The notes under the pieces are model-generated. The model worked only from the letters and a program-made list of their open reading frames with translations. It searched no databases and was not told the origin of the DNA. 64,000 bases of DNA, taken from NCBI GenBank assembly GCA_964440655.1, contig CAYTTA010000004.1, positions 30,700-94,699 on the forward strand, read 5' to 3'. The stretch is from an uncultured Balneolaceae bacterium (lineage in GTDB: Bacteria; Bacteroidota; Rhodothermia; Balneolales; Balneolaceae). Below are positions 38,630 through 48,090 of this stretch, one piece after another; the first letter of the stretch is position 1, and each line of letters opens with the position of its first letter. A program made the position numbers and the translations under genes.

Positions 38630-41600
38630 TCAATCCACTCTGGCGAGTCTTTCGAGGCTCCGGTCTGCCGGATCCCGATTCAGGACTTCAGGATCCGTTT
38701 CTCCACTCCCCCGCCCGACAGACAAAAGCTTTGCGGATCCAGGTTCTGCGGTCTCTTCGGCCAAACCCTGACTCTTCCGGTCGAACAGAAGAGTGTTGCG
38801 GAATGGACGGGGAGAGACATATCGTGTATGATAATATACCCAATCATCCCGAAACCTCTGAAAAACCGGGTCCTCAAAAAGTGACGTCCCCGAGGGATAA
38901 TCGTAATCGGCCTGCCCGTGCCAGGGAAGCGGCTCCACGGTTGCCGAGGCCTGGGTGTTGATGTCGCCATCCTTGACCCAGCCGTCCGAGATGAAGATAA
39001 AGGTCCGCTTCCACCCCTCTTCCGGCGGCTCCGGTGCCTCATACTCCAGATGAAGCTCATCCCCTGCATTCATGATCACATAGCGGTCATCAATCCCGGC
39101 CAGAAGTTCATCCACCTCGCCGAACCGGGTGTGGAAACCGCGCAGGTCGAGCCATCGCGGGGTGGTCCCGGAGAGAGTGCTGTAGTCGGGCAGCATCGGC
39201 GATCGTTCATCCGGCCGGTACCACCTGGAAAAGCCTCTGTACCTCAATTCCTGCCGGACCGGCCGGAGCGGCCGCTCGACAAAGGAGGCGTCGGGGAGTT
39301 TCTTAGCCCATTCGATGGAGTCCCAATAGATCTCCGACGTGGTGTAAAACCGGATCCGCCGGTCGGAAGGGTCAGGAAACACTCCTTCCAGGTCAAGCAG
39401 GATCGTTTTCAGCTTCCCGGCCGGAACTCCATATTGGTCATGAAGCCTTTTCCAGCCTCCCCTTCCATCGGCCACCTCGATCCTCAGTCCGGAAGGGGGA
39501 TCATGACTCCCCTGGCTCAGGGCAAGGTTGATGGAGCTGTCGGTTGGACGGAGCCAGCCGTAGGCCAGCAGCCAGAGAGGGGCATCCTCCGGAGCTTCAC
39601 TGCCGATCTCAATTTCGATGAAGTGCTCCTCCACCAGCCCCTGCCATTGTGTTTTCCGGAAAGGAGCCAGAAAATCCCCGTCCCTCTTCTCTACATACCG
39701 GGTCACATCCCGTCCTGCGGTGTCGGTCACCCGGCTCACCGGCCGTGGCGTTCCCATGATCCGGGTCGAGAGATCGGGCGAGGGGAAAGCAAAACGCTCA
39801 TCGACAAAAACTTCGGTTCCTTCCGGATGATCGACCGCGATCAGGGAGGTGTGGTCAAAAAAGTGTGTCTCCCAGAGTTCAGCGGTGATTCTCAGGTCGT
39901 AGACACCGTTCACAGGCGCGAGCTTCTCTCCGGGAATCCTGACGCGGTCCAGAGTCTGGACCACCCCGGCGGTCTCCAGGGCATTGATCCGGAGGCCCAA
40001 AGGTGCACGCCAGAGTGCATCGGTGATGAAATGAATCTGCTCGCCATCGTTGGTGAAGAGCCAGGGGCAGGATCCTTTCAGAATCTGCTCATTCTGGATG
40101 GTGGAGCCGACGCCCAGTTCGGCAAATCCGGTCTGGGTCGATCCGTTCGGCCAGATGATGCGGACCAGATCTGCCTCCTCCTGCAGGCCGATCCCGAAAT
40201 GGACGATGGGAGAGCCGATGGGCTGTTTCCGGTAGAGAAGCCCTGCACGGATCTCCATCTCCCCGCCGATCCCGAAAGAGTTGATCCTTCCGTCCCCTTC
40301 CGTGCCGGATGCCCGGGCACGCAGGGAGAGCCCCCGGTAGTCGGGATTTCCGCGGTTCATCAGCCCGAAGGGATTTCCATCGGGATCCACCCCGATCAGG
40401 TCGAGCCGCTCATCCCCGTCCAGATCGAAAACCGAACGAATCCCCCCCGGAAGGGAGATGGCGGCGTGATCGAAGCGGAAACGACTGCTACCCGGATGGA
40501 GCATGCTCCACTCCGGGGTGGCAAGCAGCAGATCGAATGCGCCGTTGTTGTCCAGGTCCTGTACAAAGAGGGAAACCGATCCCCGTCTGTACTCATCCGC
40601 ATCCCGGCCGCTCTCACTCCCGCTCTCTCCCGGAGCCGGGGTGCGCTGGCCTGGAGTTTCCACCAGCCGCTCCTCCGGCCACGGCTCGCCGGGGGGGCGC
40701 GGCAGATAACGGACAATGGAAAGATCCTCGTGGACGGCCAGAACCTCATACTCACCGTCCCCATCCAGGTCGGCTACAGCCACCGTACGAATCCCTCTGA
40801 TCCTGGGGAATGAGGCGATCCGTTCGAAGCGGAGGCCCCGCAGATTGCGAAAGTGAAGAAGCTCTCCCTCATCGGTCAGGAAGAGAGCATCGGTGGCTCC
40901 CTCACCGTCCAGATCCGCCCAGTGAAACTCCACAACGGAGGGGGTGTCCGGAAAGGGAGTGATCGGCGTGAAGGTCCCGTCACCGTTGTTGCGCAGAACC
41001 TGAACATCCCTTCCGGCCGAGGCGAGCAGCAGGTCGAGATCTCCGTCCTGATCCAGATCGGCGGCCCACACCCCGCTCCAGGGGCGATTTCTGATCGATG
41101 CAGGGACTCCGGTATCGGAGGTCACATCGGTGAACGTGCGGTCCGGGTTCTGCCGCCAGAGATGAAAACCGCCTTCCCACGCCATTGCCAGATCATTCAG
41201 AAAATCGTTGTTGTAATCGATCTCGGTCAGGGCGGACGAAGGGATCGGTTCCGGCCCTCCGGCTCTCCCTGAGCTGTCCGTGGATCCCAGCGGGAAAGGC
41301 AGCTGCGTTCCGGCATCGATGTAGAGCCGGGAGTCGTGAAGGGCAACCGGGATGGGAGGAAGCTCTTCCAGCAGGGTCACCGACTGCAGGAGGGCAACCG
41401 GTCCCTCAACGTCGGCAAGAAGATCTGCAGGGTCAAAGGCAATGCCTGTATCGGCTTCGGCTGCAATAAATTCAGGCTGTGGAAGAATAAGAAATCGAGT
41501 AACGGGATACCCCACCTCACCCGGGGGTGGGCGGAGATCCTCCACGCCTGCCTGAAATGAAGGGACCGGCTCAAGCATGTTCCGGAGAAAAGAGAGTTCC

Positions 41601-42328
41601 AGCCGGATCTCATTGAAATCCCCTCTCCCGGCAGCCTCCTCCAGCAGGGAAAGCTGCTCTTGTGCTTCCGGGCTCCAGGATCCGGAAAAGGTCGTCAATG
41701 TTTCGAGCCATCGACGGAATCCGGACAGATCCTCCTCCTTGGCGGTTATACGGGCCAGTTCATAGAGAACCGGCTGATTCTCCGGATCGAGCCGGTGGAG
41801 ACGGAGCAGCTGTTCGCGAATCTCTTCGGCATGTGCGGTGTCATCTTCCCGCTCCAGCTCGGTGGCCAGCGAGTAGAGAATCATTCTGTTATCCGGATCG
41901 GACTCCGCGGCGCGACGGAAATAATCGATCGCGGGTCCTGTGCGGCCCCACCGGCTCTGGAGAAGGCCTGCAAGATGAAGAAGATCGGGGTGATCGGGTG
42001 CCAGTCGGAGAGCCCGTGTGAAGTGCTCCTCCGCCTGTTCAAAGGCGCCCTGCCGCATTGCAAAGAGGCCGAGATTGGCCCAGGCGGCCGCTTCTTCGGG
42101 GAAGGCTTCGGCGACCTGATTCATTTTCTCAAAGGCGAAGAACGCCTCATCGGTCTGCGCGGCCGCCAGACTGATATAGAAATCGGAGACCGCCTGTCTG
42201 TATCTCTCCGAACCGGGATCCACCTCCCCGCTCCGGGAACATCCTGCCGGAATCAACAGAATGAAAAGAAAAAAGATCAGCAACGGCGGGGTGCCGGCAG
42301 GGGGTACAGATAGAAAACGGTTGGTCAT
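38630..42328 (-). CDS. large lipoprotein: TPR region, FG-GAP/VCBS repeats, ASPIC/UnbV-like segment and a ~450-aa uncharacterised C-terminal region
   Basis: The start was set at ATG 42328 (MTNRFLSV...LLIPAGCSRS, with a lipobox) because the longer ORF overlaps eboF. TPR-like helices span roughly aa 60-300. FG-GAP motifs include DYNNDFLNDLA, DLDQDGDLDLLLA, DLDGDGEYEVLAV, DLDNNGAFDLLLA and DLDGDERLDLIGV. An ASPIC-like segment reads NSFGIGGEMEIRAG...VHFGIG...IIWPNG. Confidence 0.8.
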   Translation of the reverse strand: MTNRFLSVPPAGTPPLLIFFLFILLIPAGCSRSGEVDPGSERYRQAVSDFYISLAAAQTDEAFFAFEKMNQVAEAFPEEAAAWANLGLFAMRQGAFEQAEEHFTRALRLAPDHPDLLHLAGLLQSRWGRTGPAIDYFRRAAESDPDNRMILYSLATELEREDDTAHAEEIREQLLRLHRLDPENQPVLYELARITAKEEDLSGFRRWLETLTTFSGSWSPEAQEQLSLLEEAAGRGDFNEIRLELSFLRNMLEPVPSFQAGVEDLRPPPGEVGYPVTRFLILPQPEFIAAEADTGIAFDPADLLADVEGPVALLQSVTLLEELPPIPVALHDSRLYIDAGTQLPFPLGSTDSSGRAGGPEPIPSSALTEIDYNNDFLNDLAMAWEGGFHLWRQNPDRTFTDVTSDTGVPASIRNRPWSGVWAADLDQDGDLDLLLASAGRDVQVLRNNGDGTFTPITPFPDTPSVVEFHWADLDGEGATDALFLTDEGELLHFRNLRGLRFERIASFPRIRGIRTVAVADLDGDGEYEVLAVHEDLSIVRYLPRPPGEPWPEERLVETPGQRTPAPGESGSESGRDADEYRRGSVSLFVQDLDNNGAFDLLLATPEWSMLHPGSSRFRFDHAAISLPGGIRSVFDLDGDERLDLIGVDPDGNPFGLMNRGNPDYRGLSLRARASGTEGDGRINSFGIGGEMEIRAGLLYRKQPIGSPIVHFGIGLQEEADLVRIIWPNGSTQTGFAELGVGSTIQNEQILKGSCPWLFTNDGEQIHFITDALWRAPLGLRINALETAGVVQTLDRVRIPGEKLAPVNGVYDLRITAELWETHFFDHTSLIAVDHPEGTEVFVDERFAFPSPDLSTRIMGTPRPVSRVTDTAGRDVTRYVEKRDGDFLAPFRKTQWQGLVEEHFIEIEIGSEAPEDAPLWLLAYGWLRPTDSSINLALSQGSHDPPSGLRIEVADGRGGWKRLHDQYGVPAGKLKTILLDLEGVFPDPSDRRIRFYTTSEIYWDSIEWAKKLPDASFVERPLRPVRQELRYRGFSRWYRPDERSPMLPDYSTLSGTTPRWLDLRGFHTRFGEVDELLAGIDDRYVIMNAGDELHLEYEAPEPPEEGWKRTFIFISDGWVKDGDINTQASATVEPLPWHGQADYDYPSGTSLFEDPVFQRFRDDWVYYHTRYVSPRPFRNTLLFDRKSQGLAEETAEPGSAKLLSVGRGSGETDPEVLNRDPADRSLERLARVD

Positions 42329-42359
42329 TCGCTCGCTTCGCTCACGTGGTTGCGGACTG

Positions 42360-43736
42360 TCAGGATGTGACGTGGTTATAGATAATATCGTAGATCCCGG
42401 TCGGATCCACCACCGGAATGTCCGGCAGGAATTCGGGATTCCCGGTGGCAACAAGGGGACCGGCTCCCTCTGCGATATCCGCTCTCCCGTGGGAACCCTT
42501 CACGCCGGATCCCTCGATCGGAACGAGATCCATCCGGTAACGGAACCCGAGCTTTTTCCCCAAAACCTTCCGGGCGACTTTGAGCCGCGGGAAGCGGATC
42601 GACGGATTGAGGAGGAGTTCGGCCGGATCGTACCCCGGTTTGGTGTGAATATCCACGGTCGGGGCGAAGTCGGGAGCTTTGGAGTCCGACAGCCAGTAGT
42701 AGTAGGTGAACCAGGCATCCGGTTCGGCAATGGCGACAAGCTCTCCGGCACGCGGGTGGTCCAGGTGGTGGTGCCTTTTTCCCTCCTGGTCGAGGACCTT
42801 CTCCACACCGGGGACCTTCTCGATCAGCTCTTTTACAGGTCCGATCTGCTCATTGTCCCGGATGTAGATGTGTGCGATCTGATGGTCTGCAACCGCAAAG
42901 GCGCTGCTTGATCCGGGAATGAGGACCTCCCCTCCCACCTCCTCCCGGACGGTAATGTAGCCGTGTTTCCGGAGTACTCTGTTCAGGGAGACCGGCCGGC
43001 GGACCGGGGCGATGCCATATTCGGAGAGGAGGATGATCCGGTGTCCAAGCTCCTCATAGAAGCGGATAAGATCCCCACAGACAGCGTCCACCTGGCGAAG
43101 GTCTCTCGTGATGCCGGGATCTTCCGGCCCGATCCTCTGCAGGTTGTAATCCAGATGCGGAATGTAGATCAGCGTCAGAGTGGGATCGAACTCGCGGGTA
43201 ACCCGCCGGGCTGCCTGTGCGATCCATTCACTCGATCGGATGGAGGTGAATGGCCCCCAGAAATCAAAAAGCGGAAAGGTGCCCAGCTCCTTTTGCAGTT
43301 CGTCGCGCAGCGAGGCAGGCTGGGTGAGGATATCGGGGATCTTGACACCGTCCGCCCGGTAGATCGGCCGCGGGGTGATGAGATAATCCACGGTGGAGTT
43401 CATGTTGTACCACCAGAAAAGGTTGGCGCAGGTGAAGCCGGGATCGGCCTCTTTAAGCACCTCCCAGATCTTGGGTGCCTGGATGAGGCGATTGGACTGC
43501 CGCCAGAATTTTATCTCATCCATCTCGCGGAAGTACCACCCGTTTCCGACAATTCCATGGACATCGGGCATCATACCGGTAAGATAGGTCGCCTGTACCG
43601 AGCAGGTGACGGCGGGAAGCATGGGCCGGACCGGACGCATTGCCCCGTTCTTTACCCACTTCTCCAGAAAGGGGGTGTTGCGTCCGATCAGATCGGGGGT
43701 CAGGCCGACCACATTGAGTACGACTGTTCTCTTCAT
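42360..43736 (-). CDS. eboF: alkaline-phosphatase-superfamily nucleotide pyrophosphatase/phosphodiesterase (EboF-type)
   Basis: 458 aa with an NPP-like N-terminus (VVLNVVGLTPDLIG...PAVTCSVQATYLTGMMPDVHGIVGNGWY) that includes the catalytic-Thr context. It has a 4-nt overlap with eboE. Confidence 0.75.
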   Translation of the reverse strand: MKRTVVLNVVGLTPDLIGRNTPFLEKWVKNGAMRPVRPMLPAVTCSVQATYLTGMMPDVHGIVGNGWYFREMDEIKFWRQSNRLIQAPKIWEVLKEADPGFTCANLFWWYNMNSTVDYLITPRPIYRADGVKIPDILTQPASLRDELQKELGTFPLFDFWGPFTSIRSSEWIAQAARRVTREFDPTLTLIYIPHLDYNLQRIGPEDPGITRDLRQVDAVCGDLIRFYEELGHRIILLSEYGIAPVRRPVSLNRVLRKHGYITVREEVGGEVLIPGSSSAFAVADHQIAHIYIRDNEQIGPVKELIEKVPGVEKVLDQEGKRHHHLDHPRAGELVAIAEPDAWFTYYYWLSDSKAPDFAPTVDIHTKPGYDPAELLLNPSIRFPRLKVARKVLGKKLGFRYRMDLVPIEGSGVKGSHGRADIAEGAGPLVATGNPEFLPDIPVVDPTGIYDIIYNHVTS

Positions 43737-45058
43737 CGCTTCTCCCGAAGTCTGTCCAGATTATAGATAATCTGCCCGCATGCCCAGCGAAGCTCCCGTT
43801 CCAGCGAAGAGAGCAGGTTGGGGCCATGCTCCCCGGAGTTTGCCTGTCCCTCTTGTCCGGCCCGTTGTACACCCGTCTCTTCCCTTCCGTTTGCCGCCGG
43901 ACCGGGAAGAACCTCCCAGGTATAGGTCTCCACCTCGTAGTGGCTGCAGCCGCTCTGCTCCAGCAGGACCGGCAAACCCTTTTCGATCTGGTCACGGGTT
44001 GTTTCCAGCTCTCCGAACCGGTCCCGATAGACCGGCAGGTGAAAATGGACCCGCCACTCCTCCGGACGGGCCCTGCCCTCACCCTCTTCTCCGAGCCGGG
44101 AGAGGGCCTCGGGCAGATCACGGTACCGGCAAAGAGTGCCGTTACTGCGCCTCTCCACAACCTGGTGCAGGTAGACTGGTTCATCAAACCGGGAGATGTT
44201 TTCCGAAAATCTTTCTGCCGCAATAGATTTCGACTTCGCTTTCAGAGCGGCGCTTATCTGGACCTTGCCGATCCCGATCCCCTCACGAAGTATCCGCCCG
44301 ATCGCCTCTTCGGGCTCTTCATACCCCACCGCCAGATGGCAGGTGTCGTAGCAGATCCTCACATGCCTCCGCAGGATGGCTTCCGCTGCCGCAGGTGAAA
44401 CTCCCTTCTCGCGGCTCATAAACATGCTTCCGACAGGGAAAAGCTTCTCCGTGAAAAAAACGACCGTCTCCCTGCTCTGCTCCAGTATGCAATCCGGTTC
44501 GGGTTCGATATCCAGATGTAGTTCCCTTCCCGATCTCTGTTCGACAAGGTGCATCTGCCAGGCCACTTCCGCAAGCCGGTGGCAGCACTCCCGGTAGTAC
44601 GCTTCCGGAACAGGCCGGGGAATCTTTCCATACTTGTAGCCGAGCGGGGAGGTGGAGATCCCACCGTCCACCCCCTCCGGAAGGAGCTCTTCCAGGATCC
44701 GTGTCAGATTCAGGGTGTACTCGAGCCTCTGATCGGTGCTCCAGTCCGGTTCATAGACCTGCTCCTTCACCCTGCCGCGATGGAATTGACCGTAGGGAAA
44801 TCCATTGATCGTGAAAAGGTAGAGTCCGTTCTCCTTCATCCAGTCGGAAAACTTCTCCAGACGCCCTTCCTTCAACAGGTCCCGGGCCGCCCGGTCCGAA
44901 ATCCGGACACCCAGCCCGAAAGGTGCATCGGGAGCCAGCCTCTCCCTGAGCGGAGGGATCCAGGTTTTCAGTTCCCCAAAATGTTCGTCCCACTCCTCGC
45001 CAGGATGAACGTTGCTGCAATAGGTCAGATGGAGTGCCGGATTTCCTTCAAGTTTCAT
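43733..45058 (-). CDS. eboE: xylose-isomerase-like TIM-barrel protein (EboE-type)
   Basis: 441 aa with an N-terminal LTYCSNVHPGEEW motif, as I recall for the EboE family. It has 4-nt overlaps with both eboD and eboF. Confidence 0.7.
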   Translation of the reverse strand: MKLEGNPALHLTYCSNVHPGEEWDEHFGELKTWIPPLRERLAPDAPFGLGVRISDRAARDLLKEGRLEKFSDWMKENGLYLFTINGFPYGQFHRGRVKEQVYEPDWSTDQRLEYTLNLTRILEELLPEGVDGGISTSPLGYKYGKIPRPVPEAYYRECCHRLAEVAWQMHLVEQRSGRELHLDIEPEPDCILEQSRETVVFFTEKLFPVGSMFMSREKGVSPAAAEAILRRHVRICYDTCHLAVGYEEPEEAIGRILREGIGIGKVQISAALKAKSKSIAAERFSENISRFDEPVYLHQVVERRSNGTLCRYRDLPEALSRLGEEGEGRARPEEWRVHFHLPVYRDRFGELETTRDQIEKGLPVLLEQSGCSHYEVETYTWEVLPGPAANGREETGVQRAGQEGQANSGEHGPNLLSSLERELRWACGQIIYNLDRLREKR

Positions 45059-46227
45059 GAGTTGAACTGTTTAAGCTCTTCGCATGCAGCCAGATAGATC
45101 TCTTCATCCACCTGGTTCACCTCCAGGCCGGTTCCGATTGCCTGAAGGAGCATGATGGTGAGCTCACCACCCAGATGTTCACGGAACTCCTCCAGTCCTT
45201 CCAGTAGCGGCGCCTTTCCGTTTCGATTGCCGCATCCCTCCATCCCGGGGTGATGAAGCCGGAATCCCAGGCTTGCGAGCAGACGGAGGATCCTCCTCTT
45301 GCTCTCTTCCGGCAGCAGACCGGCGAGAGCGGAGTAGGTCACATCCAGAGCGATTCCGATCGCCACCGCCTCTCCGTGACGAAGATCGTATCCGCTGAGC
45401 TGCTCCAGTTTGTGGGCCGCCCAGTGCCCGAAATCGAGCGGACGGGAGGAACCGGACTCAAACGGATCCCCCGAACCGGAGATATGTTCCAGATGAAGTT
45501 CGGCGCAGCGGTAGATCAGCTCCTCCATCGCTTCCATTCTTCGCTCTCCCAGTGCCTCCCTCAGCTCCTCAATCCGGTTGAAAAAACCTGCATCACGGAT
45601 CAGAGCGACTTTTACTGCTTCGGAAATCCCCGAGATCCAGTCCCGCTCTTCCAGCGTGGTCAGGAACGAAGAGTCGTTCAACACGGCATGGGGAGGTACA
45701 AACGTTCCGAGAAAATTTTTTTTCCCATAGGCGTTGATTCCGTTCTTCACCCCGATCGATGCATCGTTCTGTGCCAGAACCGTCGTAGGGATGCGGATCA
45801 GCCGGATGCCGCGATGTGCGATCGCCGCGGCGAATCCCACGGTATCGATCAGGGATCCTCCCCCGACCGCCGCCACAAAGGAGTGCCGGTCCATCCGGTT
45901 TCGCTCAATGGCATCGAGTATCCGCCTAAGCTGTTCCGGATCGTTTTTGGACTGCTCCCCGCCCGGAACAAGAAGCGGAGGATCCACCAGTTCGAAGAGC
46001 GGTTCCCCCCTCCGCTCCCACTCTTCACCATAGTTCCGGATCTTCCGGAACAGGTCCGGATGATGCCGGGCCATTCCCTCATCCAGGACCACCAGCAGGC
46101 GCGGCAGCGCCCGGCCGGATCGGCGGAACGAACCGGCAAGTACCGGATTGGCAGGATTGAAAAGATCCCTTGTAAAATGAACCGGATAGTGAAAGGAGAC
46201 GGCAATGTTCTGCTGGATGATCTTCAT
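45055..46227 (-). CDS. eboD: 3-dehydroquinate-synthase-like sugar phosphate cyclase (EboD-type)
   Basis: DHQS core: VAAVGGGSLIDTVGFAAAIAHRGIRLIRIPTTVLAQNDASIGVKNGIN plus metal-binding His residues (HWAAHKLE). The start was set at ATG 46227 (MKIIQQNIAVSFHYPV). Confidence 0.8.
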   Translation of the reverse strand: MKIIQQNIAVSFHYPVHFTRDLFNPANPVLAGSFRRSGRALPRLLVVLDEGMARHHPDLFRKIRNYGEEWERRGEPLFELVDPPLLVPGGEQSKNDPEQLRRILDAIERNRMDRHSFVAAVGGGSLIDTVGFAAAIAHRGIRLIRIPTTVLAQNDASIGVKNGINAYGKKNFLGTFVPPHAVLNDSSFLTTLEERDWISGISEAVKVALIRDAGFFNRIEELREALGERRMEAMEELIYRCAELHLEHISGSGDPFESGSSRPLDFGHWAAHKLEQLSGYDLRHGEAVAIGIALDVTYSALAGLLPEESKRRILRLLASLGFRLHHPGMEGCGNRNGKAPLLEGLEEFREHLGGELTIMLLQAIGTGLEVNQVDEEIYLAACEELKQFNS

Positions 46228-46345
46228 GCTGATGTCAGACAGAATAGACAGTTCGCGATAAATCAACGGAAGATGACCGGCCAAACTCCTATTTTTGCCT
46301 CTTTCAACGGTCACTCTTCACCCCACTCCTGAAATCGCCAACCCT

Positions 46346-47308
46346 ATGAGTACCCGGATTATATACAGAAAAAATACACATTTTCTAAGCTGTGACTGGG
46401 GAACCAGTTCATTCCGGCTGCTGCTCGCCGGGCGAGACAGCGGCGAAGTGGCCGCTGCTCTCTCCTCGGCCAACGGTGCAAAAGAGGTCTACGGAAGATG
46501 GAAGGAGCAGAAGAAGGTTGATCAGACAACCTGGTTTCTCCGGTTTCTGGAGGAGAAAATCGGGGAAATGGAACGGCAGGTTTCAGCCGATCTGAGTGAG
46601 ATACCTGTCATCGTCTCCGGCATGGCATCCTCCACCATCGGCATCAAGAGCCTCCCCTACTCGCCGGTTCCTCTGGATCTGGCCCGTCCCCGCCTGCAGT
46701 ACGAGAGATTCTCCGGCGATGAGATCTCCAATCCGGTGCTGCTCGTCTCGGGAGTCTCCACTCCGGAGGATGTGATGCGTGGGGAGGAGGTCCAGCTGAT
46801 GGGACTGCATCGGGTCTACGGCCTGGACTCAGCCCTCTATCTGCTTCCCGGCACACACAGCAAGCATCTTTTCGTTGAAAAGGGAAAGCTGACCGGTTTC
46901 CGGACCTATATGACGGGGGAGATCTATCAGATCATCGGAACACACTCTATTCTGCAGGCCGGCCTGGACCGGCCGGAGAAGGGGCCCGACCGGGAGAGCT
47001 TCCTGCAGGGAGTTCGTGAGGCAAGGGAGGGCAATCTTCTGAACTCGCTTTTTGCCATCCGGGCCCGCGAGCTGGTCGGCAGTCCGGACGATCCCGCTTC
47101 ACGCTCCGACTATCTCAGCGGACTGCTGATCGGAACCGAACTCCGGGATCTCTCCTCCGCCGGTGAGGTGATTGTCTCGGGCGGAAGCTCACTGCAGGCA
47201 TACTATACCCTTGCACTGGAAGAGCTTGGCATCCCCTTCCGGACCGATCCCGATCCCGCCCGCCGCACTCTGGACGGGCATCTTCAGCTGCTTCCAATGC
47301 TGGAATAA
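46346..47308 (+). CDS. dgoK: 2-dehydro-3-deoxygalactonokinase-like sugar acid kinase
   Basis: The DgoK-type N-terminus FLSCDWGTSSFRLLL and a length of about 320 aa. The start was set at ATG 46346. Confidence 0.7.
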   Translation: MSTRIIYRKNTHFLSCDWGTSSFRLLLAGRDSGEVAAALSSANGAKEVYGRWKEQKKVDQTTWFLRFLEEKIGEMERQVSADLSEIPVIVSGMASSTIGIKSLPYSPVPLDLARPRLQYERFSGDEISNPVLLVSGVSTPEDVMRGEEVQLMGLHRVYGLDSALYLLPGTHSKHLFVEKGKLTGFRTYMTGEIYQIIGTHSILQAGLDRPEKGPDRESFLQGVREAREGNLLNSLFAIRARELVGSPDDPASRSDYLSGLLIGTELRDLSSAGEVIVSGGSSLQAYYTLALEELGIPFRTDPDPARRTLDGHLQLLPMLE

Positions 47309-47391
47309 TAAGGTCTGCACCAAACACTTTCCCGGATCTGAATCCATCAGGCCTGCAATGGATCGAGTGGCTCCAGCCGGGCCTGAACCGG

Positions 47392-48036
47392 TCATGCCTG
47401 AACCAGGTCCAGCGACTGGCGAACAATCTTGCGGATCCCTTCAAAATCCCGGTTCTCCAGAAGCTTCGAAGGCACCAGCCAGGAACCACCCAGAGCGGCC
47501 ACCATCGGATACCCGAGATACTCTTCCAGATTGGAGAGATTGATCCCTCCCATCGGGATGAAGAGAACCCCCGTATGGCGATAGGGTCCCTGGAGGCTCC
47601 GGATAAAATCGGTTCCGCCCAGATTATTGACCGGGAAGAGTTTCTGAAGGAGCAGATTCCGTTCCAGTGCCGCCTCGATCTCGGAAGGGGTCATCACCCC
47701 CGGAATGAATGGAAAATCGAGTTCCTCCGCCTTGTCGAGGACCGTTGGATTGAAACCGGGAGCCAGACCGTAGCGGGCACCCGCCCCGATCGCCTCCTCC
47801 ACCTGCCGGGGGGAAAGGATGGTTCCGGCACCCAGATTCATCTCGGGAAAACGGCTGGAGATGGCCCGTATCGCTTCTGCCGTCGCTTCGGTGCGGAAAG
47901 CCACTTCCATGGTATCCAGCCCCTCTTCCAGCAGGAGTTCGGCCAAGGGGACGGCCAGTTCGGGATCATGCAGGGTCACTGCGGGCAGGAGTTTCTTTTC
48001 AAACGTGAGGGGCATCTTTTTTTCCTGTTGTTTCAC
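47392..48036 (-). CDS. eda: KDPG / KDPGal / 4-hydroxy-2-oxoglutarate aldolase (Eda family)
   Basis: 214 aa with an Eda-like pattern: LPAVTLHDPELAVPLAELLLEEGLDTMEVAFRT, GAGTILSP.Q and FIPGVMTPSEI. A Schiff-base Lys context lies near KLFP. Confidence 0.85.
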   Translation of the reverse strand: MKQQEKKMPLTFEKKLLPAVTLHDPELAVPLAELLLEEGLDTMEVAFRTEATAEAIRAISSRFPEMNLGAGTILSPRQVEEAIGAGARYGLAPGFNPTVLDKAEELDFPFIPGVMTPSEIEAALERNLLLQKLFPVNNLGGTDFIRSLQGPYRHTGVLFIPMGGINLSNLEEYLGYPMVAALGGSWLVPSKLLENRDFEGIRKIVRQSLDLVQA

Positions 48037-48090
48037 TTATGGTGGTGACGGGAGCGAGAATCCGGAACGAATTCATCTTCTCTCAACGGT

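Noticed and set aside
36829-40813. 495-aa (36829-38316) and 631-aa (38918-40813) plus-strand ORFs
   Set aside because: They lie antisense to the FG-GAP/ASPIC genes. The repeated D-x-N-x-D-G motifs are present only on the minus-strand reading.
43516-44223. 235-aa minus-strand ORF in an alternative frame within eboE/eboF
   Set aside because: It is an out-of-frame overlap with two well-supported genes. It is Arg/Gly/Ser-rich, as expected for an off-frame reading of GC-rich coding DNA.
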